From a virus (Duplodnaviria; Heunggongvirae; Uroviricota; Caudoviricetes), in IMG/VR virus record IMGVR_UViG_3300029610_000357, positions 116,285 to 129,942 of that record: a stretch of DNA of 13,658 nucleotides. One strand, given 5' to 3'. Position numbers and translations under genes: made by a program. The first letter of the stretch is position 1. Every line of letters starts with the position of its first letter. Below are positions 7,948 to 13,658 of this stretch, piece by piece. Under the pieces are notes generated by a model, which saw only the letters and a list, made by a program, of their open reading frames with translations, was not told the DNA's origin and ran no database searches.

Positions 7948-7977
7948 AGCTCCTCTCTTAATTGAGGGGGCTTTTTT
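7948..7977 (+). terminator. Intrinsic terminator
   Basis: AGCTCCTCTC-TTAATT-GAGGGGGCT imperfect hairpin (G-U pairs) followed by a T-run. Confidence 0.65.
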
Positions 7978-7995
7978 AGATTGGAGGATTTTATC

Positions 7996-8340
7996 ATGAA
8001 TAAAAGACAAAGGAAGAAATGGTTAAAGCAGCACAATAAATATTTTGATCCAAGAGAGACTTGGTCATTAGATTGGACGATAGCAAAATTCGTATATCCA
8101 AGACTAAAAAAATTTAAGAAAGAGAATATTGGGTTTCCACATGAATTTAAGACAATTGATGAGTGGAATGAGATTTTAGACAAGATGTTATTTTCTTTTA
8201 AGGTATTGAAAGAAGATTGTGTAGGATTGGAAATCGATTTTGATGATCCGAATTGGAAAAATGAAATTGATAAAACAAATGAGAGAATTCAAGAAGGATT
8301 AGAGTTATTTGGAAAACATTTTAGAGATTTATGGTGGTAA
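7996..8340 (+). CDS. Conserved phage hypothetical protein
   Basis: GGAGG SD; basic N-terminus MNKRQRKK; ETWSLD.TIA....PRLK.F...EW.EILDKM...IQEGLELFGKHF.DLW pattern recalled from many phages. Confidence 0.75.
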   Translation: MNKRQRKKWLKQHNKYFDPRETWSLDWTIAKFVYPRLKKFKKENIGFPHEFKTIDEWNEILDKMLFSFKVLKEDCVGLEIDFDDPNWKNEIDKTNERIQEGLELFGKHFRDLWW

Positions 8341-8353
8341 ATAGGAGGATTTT

Positions 8354-8560
8354 ATGGAGATTAATTGGACACCGGTAACAGAAAAGTTGCCAGAGCTGAC
8401 AGGAGTATTTTATGAAGAAGAGTTTCTTGTATCTGTAAAGATCGGAGACGTAAAGTTCAGAGAGATTGCCAGATTTGATGGAGAAGAATGGCACAATGTT
8501 TTATTTGATTCAGAAGATGTTGTAGCTTGGGCACCATTGTTACCAGTATACGAAGATTAA
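8354..8560 (+). CDS. DUF551-like phage protein
   Basis: WTPVTEKLPE...W....VVAWAPL.P motif; AGGAGG SD. Confidence 0.75.
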   Translation: MEINWTPVTEKLPELTGVFYEEEFLVSVKIGDVKFREIARFDGEEWHNVLFDSEDVVAWAPLLPVYED

Positions 8561-8576
8561 GTAAAGGAGTGGTTTT

Positions 8577-9134
8577 ATTTTAAGAAAAAGATTATTAGCT
8601 TTAGGATTATTAGCAACTGCAAACATAACATTAGGATTAGGTTTACAGAATTGTAACGCTGATGAGCAGCATCCAGAAATGCTTCAGGAAGCACTTACAG
8701 ACGTTGATCAACACTATGATAAATGCAAGCAAGCAGACGAACAAAAAAGGATTGCTATTGAAAAGAAACGACAGGAGAAGCTTAGAAGAGAACGTATTCG
8801 TAAAGAAAAGAGAGAGAATACTCCAATCTATATGGGACGATTTAAGATTACCTATTATTGGATCGGGGAAGACAACTGGGGATACAGAACAGCTCTTGGA
8901 GTCAGAAGTAGCAGATTTTATACAGTTGCTGTAGATCCCGATGTGATTCCTTTAGGATCAAAGATTATTATTGGACATGATATTTATTGGGCTGTTGATA
9001 CAGGGAGTGCAGTAAAAGGGAATGTGGTAGATATTTTCTCAGAGAGTCGATTAGATGACATGTATCATGATGATGTTTGGATTATTAGAAAAGGATCAAG
9101 TGAACGTCTTGCTTTGAAATATAGACACAAGTAA
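8577..9134 (+). CDS. Secreted 3D-domain (MltA-like) peptidoglycan-active protein; ATT start adds a signal peptide, ORF track start is 8679
   Basis: ITYY...TALG...VAVDPDVIPLGSK...AVDTGSAVKGNVVDIF is the 3D signature; AAAGGAG 8563-8569 lies 7 nt before an in-frame ATT giving (M)LRKRLLALGLLATANITLGLGLQNCNA-DE. Confidence 0.85.
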   Translation: MLRKRLLALGLLATANITLGLGLQNCNADEQHPEMLQEALTDVDQHYDKCKQADEQKRIAIEKKRQEKLRRERIRKEKRENTPIYMGRFKITYYWIGEDNWGYRTALGVRSSRFYTVAVDPDVIPLGSKIIIGHDIYWAVDTGSAVKGNVVDIFSESRLDDMYHDDVWIIRKGSSERLALKYRHK

Positions 9135-9144
9135 AGGAGATCAA

Positions 9145-9306
9145 ATGGATTCGATAGATATTATGCTTGGAGAAATATTCTTAACATGTCTAATCATATG
9201 GTTTGTATTAGTTGTATTTACAATAGAGCTTAAAAATTGGAAAGAGAGATTTGCAGTAATATTAGGAATCATAATATTTTTAGCGGGCTTGTATTATTAT
9301 GGATAG
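9145..9306 (+). CDS. Small two-TM membrane protein (53 aa)
   Basis: AAGGAG SD; MDSIDIMLGEIFLTCLIIWFVLVVFTIELKNWKERFAVILGIIIFLAGLYYYG*; below the ORF track cutoff. Confidence 0.7.
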   Translation: MDSIDIMLGEIFLTCLIIWFVLVVFTIELKNWKERFAVILGIIIFLAGLYYYG

Positions 9307-9318
9307 TAAAGGAGAAAT

Positions 9319-9567
9319 ATGTTAAAAGAAAAATCTTGGGAAGAGTTTAAAGAAAGTGGAATGCTATGGTGGATTAATACTATGCTACATACATTTGGAT
9401 GGGCTATTGTTTATGAAACTGACGAAACAGGCAATATTATCAGAGCATATCCTGCAAGATGTAAATTTAGAGGATTCAGCGAAAATACGAATACAGAAGG
9501 TTATCAAAAGATCAGTAAATATATGCTGGACAATGCTGAAGAGTTGTTTAAGGAGGCGAATGAATGA
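9319..9567 (+). CDS. Conserved phage hypothetical protein
   Basis: AAGGAG SD; WEEF.ESG.LWWIN..LH.FGWAI...YPAR..FRGF pattern recalled from phage proteins. Confidence 0.75.
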   Translation: MLKEKSWEEFKESGMLWWINTMLHTFGWAIVYETDETGNIIRAYPARCKFRGFSENTNTEGYQKISKYMLDNAEELFKEANE

Positions 9568-10022
9568 GTAGTAAAATCGCAATTTTGCGTCCATCAGGAG
9601 ATGAGCTTTCTCCACCTCCTAAAGTATTAGAGCTACTTAACAAAGCGTATATAGACTTGTCAAAAATAAAATTGGAGAGAACTAATATGACAACAAACAA
9701 TAACACAACAACACTTATAATTAAAGAAAGAGGAGAAGGTAAAACAACACAACTGCTTTACACAAGTGCAACAACACAGTATCCGATTATTGTACAGAAT
9801 AAATTACAGATTAGGTTTTTAGTAGACAAAGCATCAGAACTTAAATTAAATATTCCTACTCCTATGACAGTAGAAGAATTTAAGGGTACACGAGATATGT
9901 CAGAAAACCATGTCCTGATAGACGAGGGATATGACTTGATTGGAGAAGCTTTGAGTGCTTACTTAGGAGCACCTGTGGTAGCAGTAACCTTAACAGATAA
10001 AATTAAAGAAAGAAACAATTAG
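9564..10022 (+). CDS. Small P-loop NTPase-like protein (alternative start 9687)
   Basis: RGEGKTT Walker A-like and VLIDE Walker B-like motifs; AAGGAGG SD before 9564, GGAG before 9687. Confidence 0.65.
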   Translation: MSSKIAILRPSGDELSPPPKVLELLNKAYIDLSKIKLERTNMTTNNNTTTLIIKERGEGKTTQLLYTSATTQYPIIVQNKLQIRFLVDKASELKLNIPTPMTVEEFKGTRDMSENHVLIDEGYDLIGEALSAYLGAPVVAVTLTDKIKERNN

Positions 10023-10042
10023 ATAGAAGTAACAGGAAACCG

Positions 10043-10070
10043 GGAGAGTCGTTTGACTCTCCTTATTTTT
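10043..10070 (+). terminator. Intrinsic terminator upstream of the integrase
   Basis: Perfect 8-bp stem GGAGAGTC-GTTT-GACTCTCC followed by TTATTTTT. Confidence 0.75.
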
Positions 10071-10091
10071 ATGCAAGAAAGGAGTTTTTAC

Positions 10092-11312
10092 ATGGCAGAA
10101 TCAATGAATAGTGAAATGTTGAATTACGCCATTGAGCAGGGTATAATTGATTTATCGCACATACAGGATGCAGTAAATATGAATAAAAGAAAAGAAATTT
10201 TAGAGCAGCATCCGTATAGTATTTGGGAAAGTAAGGATGGCAAATGGCATACCTACCTTCCTGATGAAGAAAAAGGTAGAGTTCCCAGAAGGCGGAATAC
10301 ACGAGAAGCAATTGAAGATGTAATTGTTAGATACTATGAAGAACAGGAAAATTGTACATTTGAATATTGGTGGGGACAATGGGTTGAGAAGAAAAAGAAA
10401 TTTGGTGTAGTAGAAAATACTATATACAACTATGAGCGAGATTATGAGAAATATTTTCAAAACAATCCATTCTCTCAAAAAGATATTCGAGATATCACAG
10501 AAGATGACATAATTGAATTCATTGTAAATCAAATTAAAAAGTACAACCTGGGTGAACCATCAGCAAAAAAATTAATAGGATATATCTGCGGAGTTTTTAA
10601 AAATACCCGAAGAAAGAAATTTACTAAAGAAAATGCTTGTGAATTTATAGAAACTAAGGATTTTATGAAACGCTGTGGTAAGATAGCACAACCAATAGAA
10701 CAAAGAGTTTTATCTCCTGAAGAATGGGAAAAATTTGCTGAAGAGGTAAAAAAACGACAAAAGAAAGATCCTATGAACATGTGTCTTTATGCCATAGAAT
10801 TAGCTATGTATACAGGTATGCGATTAGGAGAACTTTGTGGACTTATGTGGGAAGATGTTAGATATGATTTAGATTGTATCGTCATTCGTCACAGCGAGAA
10901 GATGAATAAAAAAACCAGACAGCGGTATATTGCAGCCACAAAAACAAGTAAAGAGAGATTGTTTCCTCTCACGCCTCCAATTAAAAGATTATTCGCTAAA
11001 GTTAAGAAAGAACAAATGAAAAACAATTGTTATGGAGAATTTGTGTTTACGGATCAAATTGGTAAAATCTATGACTCTTTAATCCAAAGCAATGTTGTAT
11101 GTTGTTGTACAGCAGCAGGGATACCAAGGAAAAGCATACATGCTATCAGAAGAACTTTAAATTCTAAGCTTAGAACCGATGGAATGTCTGCTGTTGTTGC
11201 AGGGTCTTTATTTGGACATTCTTCTCAAGTGAATAACAAGAACTATACTTACGACATATCTAATATGGAGTACAAAAAGAAAGCTTTATCAAGAGCTTAC
11301 AAGGTAAAATAA
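10092..11312 (+). CDS. int: Tyrosine recombinase / phage integrase
   Basis: Catalytic set R (TGMRLGEL), K (TKT), HxxR (HAIRR), H (GHS), Y (NYTY); AAAGGAG SD before ATG 10092. Confidence 0.93.
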   Translation: MAESMNSEMLNYAIEQGIIDLSHIQDAVNMNKRKEILEQHPYSIWESKDGKWHTYLPDEEKGRVPRRRNTREAIEDVIVRYYEEQENCTFEYWWGQWVEKKKKFGVVENTIYNYERDYEKYFQNNPFSQKDIRDITEDDIIEFIVNQIKKYNLGEPSAKKLIGYICGVFKNTRRKKFTKENACEFIETKDFMKRCGKIAQPIEQRVLSPEEWEKFAEEVKKRQKKDPMNMCLYAIELAMYTGMRLGELCGLMWEDVRYDLDCIVIRHSEKMNKKTRQRYIAATKTSKERLFPLTPPIKRLFAKVKKEQMKNNCYGEFVFTDQIGKIYDSLIQSNVVCCCTAAGIPRKSIHAIRRTLNSKLRTDGMSAVVAGSLFGHSSQVNNKNYTYDISNMEYKKKALSRAYKVK

Positions 11313-11319
11313 CCAGTTT

Positions 11320-11393
11320 TGATACCCTAAGATCAAAATTATGATACAAATCTAACTTAAATCTGATACCTCAGTTGATACCCTTTTGATATC
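11320..11393 (+). repeat. TGATAC(C) direct repeats, likely integrase arm-type sites of the att junction
   Basis: TGATACCC 11320, TGATACA 11342, TGATACCT 11364, TGATACCC 11376, TGATATC 11387, immediately after int. Confidence 0.65.
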
Positions 11394-11402
11394 TAAGGGT
11401 TG

Positions 11403-11426
11403 AAACCCACGTATTTATGCGGGTTT
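11403..11426. repeat. Imperfect inverted repeat next to the predicted att core
   Basis: AAACCC-ACGTATTTATGC-GGGTTT. Confidence 0.5.
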
Positions 11427-11435
11427 TGAAAATAA

Positions 11436-11484
11436 TGTCATGAAATAATACTGACAAACTATAAATACTGACAACAAAATGTCA
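11436..11484. promoter_or_regulatory. TGACA/TGTCA repeat cluster, candidate operator (or att core region)
   Basis: AATACTGACAA twice (11447, 11464); TGTCA at 11436 and 11480; TGACA-N6-TGTCA palindrome at 11469-11484. Confidence 0.4.
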
Positions 11485-11519
11485 CTATTGAATGTCGTCA
11501 AAACCATCATATCAATCGC

Positions 11520-11548
11520 TTGTCCAAACCACCCATTGTATATATAAT
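11520..11548 (+). promoter_or_regulatory. Sigma-A-type promoter of the PRD regulator
   Basis: TTGTCC (11520-11525), 17-bp spacer, TATAAT (11543-11548). Confidence 0.7.
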
Positions 11549-11573
11549 AATACGTGAAAGGGGATGATACAGA

Positions 11574-13658
11574 GTGTCTAAGAAATCCGGATTAACAAAA
11601 AGACAGAAACTTATCATTGAGATGTTAGCAGCTTTTAATGCTGACGATCCAATTACAATACAGGCAATATCAGAAAAACTGAAATTAAGTTCAAGAACCG
11701 TATTAAGAGAAATGCCTCGCATCAACGAATGGTTTGAGGAGAATGACTTTAAACTAGTCAAGAAACCAAGAATCGGGATGTATGTGGATGAAGATGCAGA
11801 AACAAGAAACTATATTAAAGAACTCGTAGATATGGATGAGAACAAGCCAGTATACAGTAAAGCAGATCGCCAGATGATCATATTACTTGAACTGTTAACG
11901 ATCAACGAACCACTCAAATATTTTTACTTTACATCCCTTTTTCATATTTCGGATGCAACATTAAGCAACGACCTGGAAGAGGTTGAAACATGGCTTGATC
12001 ACTATAATCTGACTCTTTACCGAAGACCGGGAATGGGAATTTACTGGGAAGGAAAAGAGGAAGATTACCGTCAGGCAGTGACAATGGTATTGAGACAAAA
12101 GTTAAGAGGACATTCCTTAAAAGTATTGTTTGATAAAGAGAAAAAACTCAAAGAACGAATGTTTCCGAATCTTACGCAAGAAGTGTTAGATGATACAAGA
12201 GATATCATTAAAAATATGCAGGGAGTGTTAGATATAGAATATACTGACCATTCCATTAGGCATTTAAGCTTGTATTTATTGATCACACAAAACAGGGTAA
12301 GAATGGGACATGAGATCAAAGAAGAGAAAGACGTCAGATCGATCACTCATTTACCAGAATATCAGATTGCAAAATGGCTGGGAGGCAAGTTAAGCAATTT
12401 TGAAGGACATCAGCTCTCACAAGGAGAAGTATATAACATAGCAATGCAGCTTTTGGCAGCGAAGATCTGGAAAAACAAAAGTGAGAATAAGATCGATGAA
12501 GAAAGTTTTAAAGTCAGGCAGTTGGTCATGCGGATCATTGCTGAGATGGAAATACTTTTAGAAATGGAATTTTTTGAGAATGCGGTGTTGATCGATGGAT
12601 TATGTAATCATATGAAACCAGCGATCAATCGAATGAAACAAGGCGTATTTACAGAAAATCAATACATTGATTTTTTAGAAGAAAAATATTCCAAAGTTTA
12701 TGCGGCAACGATCAAAGCGTGTGAGTTCTTAAAAGAAGAATTACATATTAAAAAACTCCCAGAAGGGGAGATGGGGTTTATCGCATTATACTTCTGTGTA
12801 GCGGTTGAACAGCAAAAAGATAAAGAAGAAAAGTTATCTGTTTATGTTGCCTGCCCACATGGAGTTGGGACATCCCATATGCTAGCCGTTCATCTGAAGA
12901 AAGAATTTCCGCAGCTGATGGTACAAAAGATCATCTCGACAGCAGAGATCAAGGAAGAGGAGCTGATCGAAGAGGGAATTGATTTTATCGTTTCCACAGC
13001 AAAATTAAATCTGACATTTCCAAATGTCTATGTGAACTCTATTTTAACAGAGACAGATAAGAAAATGATCAATGCCATGATCAAAAATATCGACAAGAAG
13101 AAAAGAAAAAATCCCATAAAGACTGTAAAACCAGTCAAAAGGATTGGAAGAGAAGACATCGAGTATATGACACTTCTTGGAGAAGAGATCTTACAGGTAT
13201 TAGATAACATTAAAATATCAACAGGTGAAAACATTAAGAATAAGAAACAATTGATCGAATATGCAGGAGAATTATTTGCACGAAATGAAACGACAGCAAC
13301 AGAGATCACTTTTGCATTAAGCAAACGCGAGAATATCGCAAGCACATTTATTCCGAGTATGAATGCATTATTTTTACATTGTGAAACAAAAGGCATCAGA
13401 CATTGCAGATTTGGTTTTGTCTATTTAAATGATGAGATCATTGAAGATGGGCAGCCAATCAAGGGTGCGATCTTGATGCTTGTTCCACAGGGAGATGGAA
13501 GTAAGGTTTATCGCGAAGTTATGAGTGAAATAAGCGGAGCATTAGCCGAGAAAGACCAGATCATCACTTACTTATTTGACAAAAACAGAAATGCAGTCGA
13601 GGCAGAACTTGAAACAAGTCTTGGTAACTATTACGAAAATAAAATGAAGAGAAGATAA
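11574..13658 (+). CDS. Host PRD-domain transcriptional regulator (BglG/LicR/MtlR family; HTH-HTH-PRD-PRD-EIIB-EIIA) of a PTS sugar operon
   Basis: N-terminal HTH (ITIQAISEKLKLSSRTVLRE), second HTH (ISDATLSNDL), PRD-like regions, EIIB motif VACPHGVGTS, EIIA region (REN..STFI...LFLHC); stop codon at the window end. Confidence 0.9.
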   Translation: MSKKSGLTKRQKLIIEMLAAFNADDPITIQAISEKLKLSSRTVLREMPRINEWFEENDFKLVKKPRIGMYVDEDAETRNYIKELVDMDENKPVYSKADRQMIILLELLTINEPLKYFYFTSLFHISDATLSNDLEEVETWLDHYNLTLYRRPGMGIYWEGKEEDYRQAVTMVLRQKLRGHSLKVLFDKEKKLKERMFPNLTQEVLDDTRDIIKNMQGVLDIEYTDHSIRHLSLYLLITQNRVRMGHEIKEEKDVRSITHLPEYQIAKWLGGKLSNFEGHQLSQGEVYNIAMQLLAAKIWKNKSENKIDEESFKVRQLVMRIIAEMEILLEMEFFENAVLIDGLCNHMKPAINRMKQGVFTENQYIDFLEEKYSKVYAATIKACEFLKEELHIKKLPEGEMGFIALYFCVAVEQQKDKEEKLSVYVACPHGVGTSHMLAVHLKKEFPQLMVQKIISTAEIKEEELIEEGIDFIVSTAKLNLTFPNVYVNSILTETDKKMINAMIKNIDKKKRKNPIKTVKPVKRIGREDIEYMTLLGEEILQVLDNIKISTGENIKNKKQLIEYAGELFARNETTATEITFALSKRENIASTFIPSMNALFLHCETKGIRHCRFGFVYLNDEIIEDGQPIKGAILMLVPQGDGSKVYREVMSEISGALAEKDQIITYLFDKNRNAVEAELETSLGNYYENKMKRR

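Larger units (their letters stand above)
1..11430 (+). mobile_element. Right arm of an integrated prophage (large Firmicutes phage, SPbeta-like gene content); left end lies outside the window, right boundary approximate
   Basis: Co-oriented, translationally coupled small ORFs; phage-type gmk, nrdD/nrdG, ClpP, DUF551 and 3D genes; terminal tyrosine integrase followed by repeat-rich att-like DNA, then a host-type sugar regulator. Confidence 0.85.

Noticed and set aside
4655..9571. Alternative-frame + strand ORFs 4655-4852, 5706-5909, 8662-8934 and 9356-9571
   Set aside because: They overlap better-supported genes that carry conserved motifs and SD sites
11313..11500. tRNA or tmRNA fragment at the att site
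   Set aside because: No T-loop (GTTCGA) or acceptor-stem/CCA pattern was seen
722..13396. All minus-strand ORFs in the track (e.g. 1181-1573, 7675-8010, 10200-10532, 13028-13396)
   Set aside because: They are antisense shadows of well-supported + strand genes, with no recognisable motifs

Overview
AT-rich Firmicutes (Clostridia/Lachnospiraceae-like, inferred) window. Bases 1 to ~11430 are the right end of a large integrated phage. All its genes are on the + strand and tightly packed: small membrane proteins, guanylate kinase, an orphan HicB-like protein, anaerobic ribonucleotide reductase nrdD/nrdG, a tandem array of six paralogous genes, a Zn-ribbon protein, a ClpP-family protease, conserved phage hypotheticals (including DUF551), a secreted 3D-domain wall hydrolase, a small P-loop protein and a tyrosine integrase. 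The integrase is followed by att-like TGATAC repeats. Host DNA then resumes with a sigma-A-type promoter and a complete PRD/EIIB/EIIA (BglG/LicR/MtlR-type) sugar regulator. The most striking feature is the six-gene array at 4480-6964: every member carries an N-terminal module with a YGNx(L/I)x7Y(I/V) motif, fused to three different C-terminal types, each present as an adjacent pair. Also notable are three likely ATT start codons, one of which restores a signal peptide. All assignments are by eye; no database searches were run.
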